Source: Macrostomum lignano
Taxonomy: Eukaryota
Length of the DNA stretch: 64,000 nt
Assembly (NCBI GenBank): GCA_002269645.1
Contig: NIVC01000245.1
Span: 682,001-746,000, forward strand
Direction of reading: 5' to 3'
The position numbers were made by a program, and so were the translations under genes. The notes under the pieces were generated by a model. It saw only the letters and a program-made list of their open reading frames with translations, ran no database searches and had not been told where the DNA came from. Shown in pieces: positions 1 through 13,194 of this stretch (position 1 is the first letter of the stretch; each line of letters opens with the position of its first letter).

Positions 1-244
1 CAGGAATAATAATAATAAAAATGCTAAATGTGTTAATCAGTTAAGCAAACAAGCAAAAATCGAAGTAACAAATTTATTTCCAAGACAATGTAGAGAACTT
101 AGTAGATGCATTTAATTGATATCAATTGCAAGGACTTGCTACTAAGGAAGAAAATAAAGCAACACACGTAAATGGTGCAGTTGTGATTTCTAGGTGAGTT
201 CTACGAGCTAGGCTTGAGGAGCATTGAGGTATCTGCCTTCAGTC

Positions 245-1325
245 CTGCGCTGCGAAGTTGTTCAACCGGATGCTGTTATCGCGGTTGCAGCCGGTGCTGG
301 ATCCGTACCTGCGTCCTGAGCAGAATGGCTTCCGGGCCCCATCGCGGCACGCTGGCGCCGTTCCTGTTCGTTCTGGTGCTTGACTGGGTGCTGCGGACCG
401 CTCTTCCTACCAACGATGACGGCTTTCTGTTGCGGCGTAGCGCGGTCGACGTCAACCAAAGAGGCGGCTCAGCGTGCTTGGCTACGCCGACGGTCTCGCC
501 CTGCTGTTCTCAACTGTCGAGGGCGCCCAGAGACAACTGGACAAGCTAGTTTCTGTTGCGGCGAGTGTCGGCCTGATGATCACACGGAGAAAACCGTCGT
601 GCTCTGCGTGCCGGACGACATCGAGGCTGCGATCTTGTGCCGAGGTGCTGATGGACAGGTGACAGAGCTTCCGCGTTGTCAGCAGTTCGTCTAATTCGGC
701 GGTCTGGTTCCCGGCGTCCGCGACGATTTGCGGCGTCGCCGCGGGCTTGCCTGGGCTGCCTTTCGTTCTGTGAGGGCGGTCCTGCAGTCTGAGGCCCTGC
801 CTGACCGCCAGAGGGCGGCGCTGTTCCAGGCGGTGATCGAGACCTTCCTGCTGTACAACGCCGAGACCTGGACGCTGACGGAGTTGCTCGAGCAACAAGT
901 TGACGCAGCGCACGCTGGCCTGCTGCGCGCCGCCTTCAAGATCGGCTACGAGCGAGGAACCAACGAGGCTTTGTATCATCGCGCCGGCCTGGTCCGTCCA
1001 AGCAACCTGTTACGCCGTCGGCGACTCCAACTGGCAGGCCACATCATCCGCGTCGAGACGTACTGCCCACAGCCGGTGCAGGAGGCGCTGCTGCTAACGC
1101 TGCAGCCACCCTACCGGCGGGGGCAGGCGCGCACTCGGCATTTCGTTGACTGCCTGCTGGCTGACGCCCGGATTCGGCCGGCCGCGTGGCGTTCACATGG
1201 ACAACTAGAGTCTACTCTAGTTGTCCATGGGCGTTCATTCGTGGCCTGGCCTTGAAGCGCGCACTGTGACGCTGAACGCGTATTTTGTTGTTGTTGTTGT
1301 TGTTGTTGTTGTTGCTGTTGTTGTA
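245..1325 (+). mobile_element. 5'-truncated, internally deleted non-LTR retrotransposon (RTE-like) remnant with (GTT)n tail
   Basis: RT motifs in shifting frames: KLFNRMLLSRLQPVLDPYLRPEQNGFR joined directly to TLAPFLFVLVLDWVLR (internal deletion), LGYADG (YADD variant), and a C-terminal region ending about 1255. (GTT)n tail at 1285-1323. Confidence 0.75.
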
Positions 1326-1512
1326 TGTTGGATATTATAGTAGCATTCCCTAGTCAACAACACGTACATGTATATAAAATGCCAATTTCAGTATTTCAAT
1401 CCAATAAAACATGAGAATAGTACGAGAAAAGAAGCATAAACTAAAACAGAGCGCCTTTTTTGACTGGATCGATCTAAACTGATTCTAATATTTTTTCACC
1501 GTGGCATGTCCA

Positions 1513-2896
1513 TCTAAATATACTAAATCTCTAAGGTTTGTATGTTTGTCCATAACGCTCTAGAGATTGCAATTCTTCACCGATTTTGATCGCGTTTTCG
1601 CCAAAAGATTTGTAATCAGCCCAGGATTGTATGGTTAAAATTTCTTTAATCTGCTTCAATGCTAAAGGGATTAAATCTAAATATACTAAATCTCTAATAT
1701 TTGTATGCTTGTCCATAACGCTCTAGAGATTGCAATTCTTGACCGATTTTGATCGCATTTTCGCCAAAAGATTTGTAATCAGCCTGGGATTGTATGGTTA
1801 AAATCAAAACTATGTACCTACCTATCCATCTATCTATAGGAACCTTCGTTTAACTTGACTTTGCGTGGTCCGAATTTTGTGGGGTTTTCTGCATTCGATG
1901 CGTATTGATGGCGCGCTGGTACACGAAATTTCGCTAAGAAATTGCTTCATTTTTTCGGGTTTAAATATTCGAAAAACTCGATTTTTGTCCCGCATTTTTA
2001 AGTTCAAACAGTTCTTTCCAATTGAGAAGCATTCTGCCTGCCGATGGAATTGTATTGCATCATAACTCAGTGCCAACTGTAGCATTGGTTCTCTACACTG
2101 GCGTGGAGAGCTACAAGCGTTGAAAGGTTGCGCAACACATTTTAGTTATTGAATTGAAGGGCGAGTCCTGGGCATTGGCTTAGTTGTTAATTTTTCAATG
2201 CATCAACTTGCAGGCCTCTCACTGTAGCTGGCGCTGAATGTACACCTTATGAAGTTGACTGCTTTCAAGCAGGAATGTTCAATCGTTGTTTGTGCTTCGA
2301 GTTTTTCACTTTCAGAGGAGAGCCTTGCATCGCTGGAAAGAGCCAGAAATGCTCAGTTCGGGAATATAATTTGTTTGCTGAGATTCGAAAAATTAAAAGC
2401 ACAGCATTAAAAAGAAGATTTTTATGCATTTTCAAGCCAGCGCCATTGGATTTCAATTTAGATTGCGTAACCATATTGGCGACTTTAATTGTTGACTTTA
2501 ATAATTGAAACTGATATTGACTGCCTGAGAAATTGATTATGTCATAACTTGCTTCGAGTGATTTCTACTCTATGCTTAGGGTTTTTAGTGTTGAATGATA
2601 TAAGTGCTACAATTCATGTTATCAAAACGATGAGAGCTAGCCTAGAGGTGAACAGACTGAACTGCTAATGCATCGACGTGGGTTCGAATTTTTAGAGTGT
2701 AAAACTTTTTTTTATTAAAAATTTTAATTTCAAGACAGTTAAAGGAAACTTTAAAAAAACGTCAGGTAAATCAGGTAAAAGAGAAAAAGCTACGAGTGTT
2801 CATGTAGTATATTCAAATTTTTTTATTAAACTTTAAATTTTGAAAAGGATTATTGCACTAGATAAGAAATTAATTATTGTACTAACTGAGGAAATT
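1513..2896 (+). mobile_element. Non-autonomous Helitron-like element, copy A (5' part; tandem-duplicated 5' head 1513-1800; interrupted by LINE)
   Basis: Starts A|TCTAAATATACTAAA with a TGTATGTTTGT motif and ACCGATTTTGAT, typical of short Helitron heads. 1804-2896 is near-identical to 10770-11858. Confidence 0.6.
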
Positions 2897-3250
2897 CGTA
2901 CCGCCAAAATCTCCCAGCTGAGGCGAGAGGTCGCCGGGACGCCTAGGCGCACCAGTTCGTCCAGGGAGGGTGGGGACGTCCCAGCTGGGCCCAACCCCTC
3001 GGGGCAGGGCCGACTGGAGACGGACCCGCCTGCCCAGGCGGCTGGCTGCTCCAGGGCATTGGGCCAATCTGAGGCGGAGGACCCCATGGATGGTGGGCAA
3101 AGGGCGGCGAACGCTGCCTACTGCCTTCCGGCCAATCGGGGGCCTTTTGCTGAAGAAGAGCCCATGGACACCGGCGACCCCGACCCGAAGCCGGTGAGCG
3201 CCGAGGAGGAGGAGGAACTCCTGGCGGCTGCAACATCCGATCTGCAATGA
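2897..3250 (+). pseudogene. C-terminal fragment of LINE ORF1
   Basis: Open frame ending in acidic AEEEEELLAAATSDLQ*. Its TGA overlaps the ORF2 ATG (3247-3250). Confidence 0.55.
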
Positions 3251-6200
3251 TGCCAGCGACTACCTGGTGTCTGCAGATCAACACCCAGCACTGCGTGGCG
3301 GCGTCGGTCAACCTGATGCGCACGGCAGAGCAACAGCTTCCGGGCCTGGTCTTCGTACAGGAGCCCTGGATGACTAAAGGTAAGCCAAATAATGTGCCAT
3401 CTGGCTACCACTGTTTTTGCATGGCGGGCTCTCAGCCTCGCCCAAGATCTTTGGTCTTTGCTGCAAAAGCTTTTGAGGCATGGATGAGACCTGATCTCTC
3501 GAATGGGGACATCTGTGTTGTTCAAATCAATAACCTCATTCCCAATAAACCTGTGCTGGTAGCTTCTGCCTATTTCCCGGGCGATGCCCCAGTTGTCTGC
3601 GACGCGTTAGTCAACCTTACTGACTATGCTGCGTCCCATCGGTTCGAGCTGCTCATTGCAGGGGATGTGAACGCACACCACCTGCATTGGGGCAGCAAGA
3701 ACATCAATAGCAGAGGCGAGGAGCTGCTGGCCTATGTCAGCAGCACTAACCTCAACTTCTGTAACGTGGGCAATGCACCAACGTTCAATAATGGGCGGTG
3801 GGCCGAAGTCATCGACACCACCATCGCCTCACCCGGACTGCTTTCCGCAGTTACGGGCTGGCGAGTGTGGGACGAGGACTCGCTCTCGGACCACCGCTTT
3901 ATCCGCTTTTGCATTGGGCCGACCAAGCAAAAGCCTAAGGTCACTTGGAGTCGGAACGTCAGGAACACCGATTGGGCCGCCTTTGGCTCGAAGCTGAGCC
4001 GCGGCCTTCGGGATCTTGACCCCCCCAGTGACCTCTCTGACTGCCAGGTGGTGGACGATCTCGCCTCCTCCCTGGGCGGGGCGATCACCACTGCCTTTGA
4101 AGCAGCCTGCCCCCTAAAGGCCTATAAAGGCAAGAAATCTGCTCCCTGGTGGAACCCAGAGCTCGGGGCCCTTCGGCGCCGAGCCAGGACCCTCCAAAGG
4201 CGAGCGCTCAAAACCAAAGACCCATCTGACAGAGAGGCCTATACCCGTGCGATCCACGAGTTTAAGGGCCAAGTCAGAAGGGCCAAGACGGCCAAGTGGC
4301 GCCAATATTGCGAAGGGCTTGAGGGCTCTCGCCCCGTAGCCCGCGTGGTTAAGGCACTCACTAATGACCGTTTTTCTAAACTCTCTGTTGTGAAGAGACC
4401 TGACGGCTCGGTCACAGAGAGTTCGGAAGAGACTCTAGAGCTCATGCTCAACAGTTTTTTCCCTAAATCTCCGACTCAGCAGGGCCCGCCCGACCACACA
4501 GTGGGAGGGCAAGGCCTAGCAAAGTCTATGATCACCAAAGACCGCATTATTAGAGCGGCAAGGTCCTTTAACCCGTTCAAGGCGCCTGGGCCCGACGGCA
4601 TCTACCCAGCGTTCTTGCACGAGGCGGTGAAAAACCACCGCTTCCTGGACCTGCTCTGTCGTCTCCTTCGAGCTTGTGTGGAGCTGGGCTATGTACCAGT
4701 TGCATGGAGAGAGGCCCGGGTGGTCTTTATCCCCAAGCCTGGAAAGAGCGACTACCAATCGGTGAAGGCCTTCAGGCCTATCAGCCTCACTTCTTTCTGC
4801 CTCAAGCTCCTCGAGAGACTGGTGCTTTGGCGCCTACTTTCGGTCGAGCTGAAGCGCTTCCCACTCTCGCAGAACCAGCACGCCTTCCGCGCGGGCAGGT
4901 CAACCGAGAGTGCTCTCCATGTCATTGTTGACTTCCTGGAGAGGGCCGTTCTTGGCAGCGGCTTTGCCCTCTCGCTTTTCCTGGACATTGAGGGGGCCTT
5001 CGACAACGTCATCTTCGAGGCCTTTTGCAGAGCCCTGGAATCCAGGGCCACGCACCCTCACCTTGTCCGGTGGATCATGTTCATGATCCGAAACCGCACT
5101 GTTGTGGCCCACCTGAGCGGCAGCTCTCTTTCGGTGCCTGTCCTGAAAGGGGGCCCCCAGGGCGGCGTTCTCACCCCCGTTCTCTGGAACATGGTCATGG
5201 ATGAGTTGCTTTGCAGTGATCTCCACGACCCCATTCTCAAGGTGGGCTATGCCGATGATGTGACCGCGATATGCGCGGGCCCCTCGGTTGATACCATCAG
5301 AGACCTTCTGCAGGGCTTTCTGGGACGAGCGGAGCGTTGGGCAGACCAATGTGGCCTTAGACTCTCAGAGTCGAAAACCACAGCAGTCATGTTTACCAAC
5401 AAACTGCTCTGAACCATTAAGCCCCTCACCCTCTATGGAAAGAATATTTCCATGGAGAAGCAGGTCCGCTGCCTGGGCCTCACTCTGGACCACAGGCTTA
5501 ACTGGACTCCGCACATTCAAACTAAAGCCAAAAAAGCCCTGGCTGTACTGGCTCAGATCAGGCGCGCCGTGGGCACCACCTGGGGGCTCACCCCCAGGAA
5601 GCTGTGGTGGATTTACACTGCCATCATCCGCCCCTCGATCAGTTACGCCAGCCTCGTGTGGGCTAGCGGCCTGAGCGTCAAGAGCAACCTCGACGCTCTC
5701 TACAAAATCCAGGGCAGAGCCTGCCGCATGACTATGGGCGCTCCACCCTCTACTCCTTTTGAAGGCATGAATGCCTTCCTCTGTGCCCCTCCTTTGGATA
5801 TTTATATCAAAGGAGAGGCGGCGAAGAGCACCCGGCGTCTTCTGGATGCTGGGGTGGCCTTCAAGAAAGTGCGGGCCTTTAAGAAGCGGTCGCTTATCCC
5901 GCACTCTGACCTCTGCCTCAAGGCTCTCGAGGAGTGTGGCGGGCTCAACATCCTCACGGACTCGATCCCAGCCACCCTTCTCCTGAGCCAAAGGTATAAG
6001 GTCACCATTCAGCCTCGACACGAGGCGAGTGACAGCTGGAGCGACTCTGAAGTCCACTGTTACACTGACGGCTCTATGAGGCATGGTCTTTCAGGCTTCG
6101 GAGCTTGCGTCTTCTTCAAGGGAGAAGTGGTGTGGAGCTACTCCCAGCACACTGGGCTCAACTCCAGTGTTTTTCAGAGCGAGGTGCTTGCCATCAGCTC

Positions 6201-6951
6201 CTGCGCGGCAGAGCTGCGCCGAAGGCAGCTTAGCGGCCGGAAATTTATTTTTCACTCTGACAGCCAAGCAGCCCTTCGGGCCCTCTGCCGCAGCACCGCC
6301 AGCTCCAGGTCCGTCCTGGACTGCAACACCCAGCTCAACGGGCTTGCGCTAGGCAACCAGGTGGAGCTCAGATGGATCCCGGGCCACGCCGGCTTCCTCG
6401 GCAACGAGCGCGCTGACCTGCTGGCCAAGGCTGGCTCCGCCGGCGCGCTATTGGGGCCGGGCCCGGGTGCCCCCATCCCCGCCTCGGTGATCAATTCCCG
6501 CGTTAAGCGCTGGGCTGACTCCGAGCATCTCCGCAGGTGGCACGACACCCGGAATTGTAGGCAATCCCGTGCTGCCGTCCCCTGTCCCTCTCCTCTCCTG
6601 CGTAGAGCCCTCCTCAGGCTCAACCGCAGAGACCTCAGAGCAGTTAGCATGGCCCTCTCCGGGCATGGCTGCTTCTCTCGCCACCGCTTCCTTCAGGGCC
6701 AAGTACCCGAGGAGCGGTGCCCCTTCTGCCGCTCAGGCAGTGAAAACGCCGAGCATTTTATCTGCCACTGCCCGGTTTTCACCAGGGCCAGGCTTACTCA
6801 CCTCGGGCCAAACCCGGTTCTCTCCGACGTTTGCAGGCCCGAGAGCATCCCGCTGCTCGCCCGGTACCTCAGGGACACCGGACGAGCTGATTTCTTCCCC
6901 ACCGTCGGTGAGGAGGACCGCGCTGCAGGCGAGACCGACGGGTCCCCCTGA
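3247..6951 (+). CDS. LINE ORF2: AP endonuclease, reverse transcriptase, RNase H, C-terminal CCHC knuckle; one in-frame TGA at 5410-5412
   Basis: LQINTQH, VFVQEPW, GDVNAH and SDHRFI (endonuclease); WWNPEL; KAPGPDGI, FRPISL, QGGVLTP and YADD (RT); YTDGS, SDSQAAL, WIPGHAG..GNERADLLAK (RNase H); CPFC..ENAEHFICHC. ORFs 3247-5412 and 5452-6951 are in the same frame. Confidence 0.9.
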
Positions 6952-7068
6952 GCGACACCACTTCAACGGAAGTCGTTGGTCGCCAGGGGCTAGCGGAATG
7001 GGCGGTCTCCTCCGCCTCCTCGCTGCATCCGCCGGACGCCCCCTGCAGCTAAGTCAAGTAAGTCAAGT

Positions 7069-10000
7069 AACTCAGTGCCAACTATAGCATTGGTTCTTTA
7101 CACTCGCTTGGAAAGCTACAAGCGTTGAAAGGTTGCGCAACACCTTTAAGTTATTGAAATTGGGGGGAGGGTTTCGCCATTCAATTAGTCCTGAGCATTG
7201 CTTGGTTGTTAATTTCAATGCATCAACTTGCAGGCCTCTCACTGTAGCTGGCGCTGAATGTACACCTGTTTAATTTCAATGCTTTAAAGCAGGAATGTTC
7301 AATTGTTGTTTGCGCTTTGAGTTTTTCACTTTCAGAAAAGAGCCTTGTATTGCTGGAAAGAACTAGGAACGCTGAGTTCGGGAATATAATTTGTTTGCTG
7401 AGATTTGACAAATTAAGAGCACAGCATTGAAAAGAAGATTTCTATGCTTTTTACTTTATATACTCATTGTACGCTCTTCCATATCGCAAACCCCTACTTT
7501 ATCGCAACTCCGCGATTCAAGCCAGCGCCATTGTATTTAAATTTAGATTGCGTAACCATATTGTTGACTTTAATAGTTGACTTTAGTTGGCAACTTAGTT
7601 GGCAAATAGTTGGCAGATATTGCCTGCCTGAGAAATTGATTATGTCATAACTTGCTTCGAGTGATTTCTACTCTATGCTTAGAGTTTTCAGTGTTGAATT
7701 ATATAAGTGCTACAATTCATGTTATCAAAACGATGAGTTAGCCTAGAGGTGAACAGACTGAACTGCTAATGCAGCGACGTGGGTTCGAATTTTTAGAGAG
7801 TAAAAGTTTTATTATTAAAAATTTTAACTTTAAAAAACGTCCGGTAAATCAGGTAAAAGAGAAGAAGCTACGAGCGTTCATGTAGTATATTCAATTTTTT
7901 TTATTAAACTTAGAATTTTGAAAAGGATTATTGCACTAGATAAGAAACTAATTATTGTACTAGCTGAGTAAATTGTTTCACTGTCTTGCTTGGGTTACTT
8001 TCTATCAGGGGATGCTTGCTATCGAAAGGACGCTTGCTCTTAGGGCATGCTTGATCGGGTGAGATTGCTAAGATGTCAAGACATACTGGGGAATTATTCA
8101 GCTATGCAGGCTTACTGGGGAATTACTGAGATGTCAAGCCTTAAAGGGACTTGCTGAGATGCCAAGAGGAAATTGCTGAGGTTTCAAGGCGTGGGGGAAT
8201 TGTTGAGATGTCAAGTTTTTGGGGGGGGGAATTCTGTGGATTGGGGATTCCTTCCATGAGGGCTGCTTCTGATGGATATCTTTAGATAGGTGATTCATTG
8301 GGAAATTCTATCGATGGGGGATTCTTTCGATGGAGGGTTCTTTGAATGGGGGATTCTTTAGATGAAAGATTCTTTCGATAAAGGGATCCTTTGAATATGA
8401 TGGGATTGTTTGGACGGGGATTCTTTAGATGAGGGGATTCTTTGGCCTAGGATTTTATTGATGGGGGATTATTTAGATGGGAGATTCTTTGGATTCTTTG
8501 GATGGAGATTATTTGGAGTATGATTCTTTAGATTATTTGGACGGGGTTCTTTAGATGAGGGGACTCAGATTCAGATTCTTCAGATTCAATGATTCTTTTG
8601 ATGGAGGTTTATTTGGATGAGTGAATCTTTGCATTATTTTGATCGGGATTCTGTGGATGGGGATTATTTGGATTGGGATTCTTTGGAGGGGGATTTTTCG
8701 GATATGGATGGAGGTCGGGGATTCTTTGGATATGGATCGATGGGGTGATTCTTTGGATAGGGATGGATGGGGGGGATTCTTTGGATAGGGATGGATAGGG
8801 GGATTCTTTGGATAGGGATGGATGGGGGGGATTCTTTGGATAGGGATGGATAGGGGGATTCTTTGGATAGGGATGGATGGGGGGGATTCTTTGGATAGGG
8901 ATGGATGGGGGGGATTCTTTGGATGGGGGATTCTTTAGATGGGGGATTCTTTGGATAGGGGATTCTTTGGATGGGGGATTCTTTGGATGGGGGATTCTTT
9001 GGATGGGGGATTCTTTGGATGGGGGATTCTTTGGATGGGGGATTCTTTGGATGGGGGATTCTTTGGATAGGGGATTCTTTGGATGGGGGATTCTTTGGAT
9101 GGGGGATTCTTTGGATGGGGGATTCTTTGGATGGGGGATTCTTTGGATGGGGGATTCTTTGGATGGGGGATTCTTTGGATGGGGGATTCTTTGGAAGGGG
9201 GATTCTTTGGATGGGGGATTCTTTGGATGGGGGATTCTTTGGATGGGGGATTCTTTGGATGGGGGATTCTTTATATGGGAGATTCAGTTGGGTGAAATTT
9301 TATTGCGTGGGAAAACTGTGGCTGGAGTTTGGACGAAAAGCCCAACGGGGGTTGGAATTGGCTAGCTGAGGAAATGTTTCACTAATCTTGCTGGGGGTAC
9401 TTTCTATCAGAAGATGCTTGCTATCAGAAGGACGCTTGCTCTTAGGGGATGCTTGCTCGGAAGAGAATTCTAAGATGTCGAGATTTACAGGGGGAATTGT
9501 TGAGATAAAATCTTACCTAGGGGAATTAATGAGATGTGAAGGCTTAGGGGTAAACTGCTGAGATGTCAAATCGTGTCGGGGAATTGCTGAGATGCTAAGG
9601 CTTAAGAGGGACTTGCTCACATGTCAAAGCTTGGGAAGGAGAATTAATCAGATGTCAAGGCTAGGGGGAATTGCTGAGATGTCAAGGCTTAAGAAGGAAT
9701 TGCTGAAGTGTCAAGTCTTGGGGAGGGGAATCGCTGAGATGCCAAGGCTTTGGACGGGGAGAAATTGCTAAGATGTCAAGACTTACTGGAGGAATTACTG
9801 AGATATGAAGGCTTACTGGGGGAATTACTGAGATATGAAGGCTTACTGGGGTAATTACTGAGATGTCAAGGCTTGGGGAGTGGAATTACTGAGATGTCAA
9901 GGCTTTGGACGGGGAGAAATTGCTAAGATGTCAAGGCTTGCGCTGGAATTGCTGAGATGTCAATGCTTGGGGTAAATTTCTGAGGTGTCGAGTCTTGGGG

Positions 10001-10746
10001 GGATTTCTATGGATTGATGATTCTTTGGGTGAGGGATGCTTATAATGGATATCTTTGGATTGGTAATTCATTGGGGAATTCCTTCGATAGGGCATTGTTT
10101 CGATGGAGGGTTTTTTTTTAATGGGGGATTATTTAGATGAAGGATTCTTTAGATGAGGGTTATTTTCACGGGGTTTCTTTAGACGAGGGAAATCTTTGGC
10201 CATGAATTCTATTAATAGGGGTATTATTTGGTGGGGGATCTGTGGATTATTTAGATGGGATTCTGTGGATGGGGATTATGATGTGAATTATTTGGATGGG
10301 GATTCTTTGGCGGGAGATTCATTGGATATGGATGGATGTGGGATTCTTTAGATAGGAATGGATGGGGAAATTTTTTTGATAGGGATGGATGGGGGGATTC
10401 TTTGGATAGGGATGGATGGAGGATTCTTTGGATGGGGATTCTGTGGATGAGGGATTCTTTGGATGGGGATTCTGTGGATGAGGGATTCTTTGGATGGGGA
10501 TTCTTCAGATAAGGGGCTTCTGTAGACGGGGGATTTCTTGAGTAAGGGATTCATTGGATGGGGAATTCTTCAGATGGGAGGATTCCTTGAATGGGGAATT
10601 CTTCGGATCAATGATTCTATCCATGGGGGTTCTTGGGATGGGGGATTCCTTGCATGTGAGATTCTTTGCATCGGGGATTTTGTGGATGGGGAAAACTGTG
10701 GTTGGAGTTTGGACGGAAAGCCCCAACGGGGGTTGGAATTGGCTAG
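7069..10746 (+). mobile_element. Helitron-like copy B (5'-truncated) with two tandem ~1.4-kb 3' modules
   Basis: Homologous to 2063-2896, then modules 7965-9365 and 9366-10746. Each ends in hairpin CCAAC-GGGG-GTTGG, then AATTGG, then CTAG. Confidence 0.6.
8700..9290. repeat. 16-bp G-rich minisatellite (GGGGGATTCTTTGGAT)n and variants
   Basis: Tandem units are visible. Degenerate versions recur at about 8230-8700, 10010-10680, 12080-12770 and 14290-14690. Confidence 0.95.
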
Positions 10747-12819
10747 TCCATCCATCCAATATACTAAAAATCAAAACTATGTACCTACCTACCTATCTAT
10801 AGGAACCTTCGTGTAACTTGGCTCTACATGGTCGGAATTTCGTGGGGTTTTCTGCATTCGATGCGTATTGATGGCGCGCTGGTACACGAAATTTCGCTAA
10901 GAAATTGCTTCATTTTTTCGGGTTTAAATATTCGAAAAACTCGATTTTTGTCCCGCATTTTTAAGTTCAAACAGTTCTTTCCAATTGAGAAGCATTCTGA
11001 CTGCCGATGGAATTGTATTGCATCATAACTCAGTGCCAACTGTAGCATTGGTTCTCTACACTGGCGTGGAGAGCTACAAGCGTTGAAAGGTTGCGCAACA
11101 CATTTTAGTTATTGAATTGAAGGGCGAGTCCTGGGCATTGGCTTAGTTGTTAATTTTTCAATGCATCAACTTGCAGGCCTCTCACTGTAGCTGGCGCTGA
11201 ATGTACACCTTATGAAGTTGACTGCTTTCAAGCAGGAATGTTCAATCGTTGTTTGTGCTTCGAGTTTTTCACTTTCAGAGGAGAGCCTTGCATCGCTGGA
11301 AAGAGCCAGAAATGCTCAGTTCGGGAATATAATTTGTTTGCTGAGATTCGAAAAATTAAAAGCACAGCATTAAAAAGAAGATTTTTATGCATTTTCAAGC
11401 CAGCGCCATTGGATTTCAATTTAGATTGCGTAACCATATTGGCGACTTTAATTGTTGACTTTAATAATTGAAACTGATATTGACTGCCTGAGAAATTGAT
11501 TATGTCATAACTTGCTTCGAGTGATTTCTACTCTATGCTTAGGGTTTTTAGTGTTGAATGATATAAGTGCTACAATTCATGTTATCAAAACGATGAGAGC
11601 TAGCCTAGAGGTGAACAGACTGAACTGCTAATGCATCGACGTGGGTTCGAATTTTTAGAGTGTAAAACTTTTTTTTATTAAAAATTTTAATTTCAAGACA
11701 GTTAAAGGAAACTTTAAAAAAACGTCAGGTAAATCAGGTAAAAGAGAAAAAGCTACGAGTGTTCATGTAGTATATTCAAATTTTTTTATTAAACTTTAAA
11801 TTTTGAAAAGGATTATTGCACTAGATAAGAAATTAATTATTGTACTAACTGAGGAAATTGTTTTACTATCTCGCTTGGGGTACTTTATATCAGGGGATGC
11901 TTGCTATGGGGATGTGTAGGGGATGCGTAGGGGGAATTACTGAGATGTCAAGGCTTAGGAGGAAATCGCTGAGATTTCAAGGCGTGGGGGGGATTTCTGA
12001 GATGTCAAAGCTTAAGAGAGAATTACTGAGGTGTCAAGGCTTGCGCCGGCATTGCTGAGATGTCAAGTCTTTGGGGGGGATTCTATGGATTAGGGATTCT
12101 TTTCATGAGGGCTGCTTCTAATGGATATCTTTAGATAGGCGATTCATTGCGAAATTCCGTCGATGGGGGATTCTTTAGATGAAGGATTCTTTCGATAAAG
12201 GGATCCTTTGGATATGGGATTATTTGGACGGGGATTCTTTAGATGAGGGGATTCTTTGGCCTAGGATTCTATTGATGGGGGATTATTTGGATGGGAGATT
12301 CTTTGGATTCTTTTGATGGGGATTTTGATGGGGATTCTGTGGATGGGGATTATTTGGAGTCGGATTATTTGGATTATTTGGACAGGGTTCTTTAAATGAG
12401 GGGATTCTTTGGCCAATGATTCTTTTGATGGAGGTTTATTTGGATGAGAGAATCTTTGCATTATTTTGATCGGGATTCTGTGGATGGGGATTGTTTGGAT
12501 TGGGATTCTTTGGAGGGGGATTCTTTGGATTTGGATGGATGGGGTGATTTTTCGGATAGGGATGCATAGGGGGATTCCTTGAATATGGGATTCATTGGAT
12601 GGGGAATTCTTCGGATCGGGGATTCTATCGGAGGGGGTTCTTTCGATGGGGATTCTCTGCATGTAAGATTCTATTGATGGGCAATTCTTTAGATAGGAGG
12701 ATTCCTTGAATGGGGAATTTTTCGGATCGGGGATCTTATCGATGGGAGGTTTTTGGATTAGAGGTTTTTGCATGTGAGATTCTTTGTACGAGTATCGTGG
12801 ACGCTATGGGTGGTGGATG

Positions 12820-13194
12820 GGGGCCGTAGCCCAGCGGTAGCACAGCTGCTCTGGTGTGCCAGCGACCCAGGCTCGATTCCAAGTGCAGTCACATTAATTT
12901 GGGGCTGAATTGGAATCTCGGCTTCGCTCCGCTCGTGCAATTAACGGCCTTGAGAGCCAACCCCCCCCCCCCCAAGGCACAGTAAAGTGTACATGCCTAA
13001 CGATAATATAAAGTTAGGGCCGCTGTACACTCCTGTGTGAGTGTGTGCCTGCGTACGTATCCGCGCGCTTGTATGCCTGCTCAGGGGAGTCGGCGGAATG
13101 GGCAGCAATGCCTCTCGCCGGTTGTGTTCCTATGTTCCTATGTCGCTTAAAGTTCGCCAGGGTGCACACAACCCCCTGCCTTTAATAAAAAATA
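12820..13194 (+). mobile_element. tRNA-derived SINE, copy 1
   Basis: A-box-like TAGCCCAGCGGTAG and B-box-like GGCTCGATTCC, A-rich 3' end, and a homologous copy at 43153-43420. Confidence 0.7.

Larger units (their letters stand above)
2897..7068 (+). mobile_element. 5'-truncated LOA/R1-type non-LTR retrotransposon (APE-RT-RNase H-CCHC)
   Basis: ORF1 tail plus ORF2 with an ATGA overlap. 3' tail is tandem AAGTCAAGT. Boundaries come from comparing the flanks with the uninterrupted Helitron copy at 10747-11860. Confidence 0.85.

Noticed and set aside
1834-2508. Short ORFs repeated at 10824-11471
   Set aside because: They are conserved only because the non-coding Helitron body is duplicated, and show no RepHel motifs.
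8877-9369. GWGILWMGDSLDGGFF repeat proteins
   Set aside because: They are translations of the 16-bp satellite. The same applies to ORFs at 10348-10816, 12261-12773 and 14382-14811.
12820-12895. tRNA gene
   Set aside because: A and B boxes are present but there is no clean cloverleaf, and the sequence continues into a shared SINE body.
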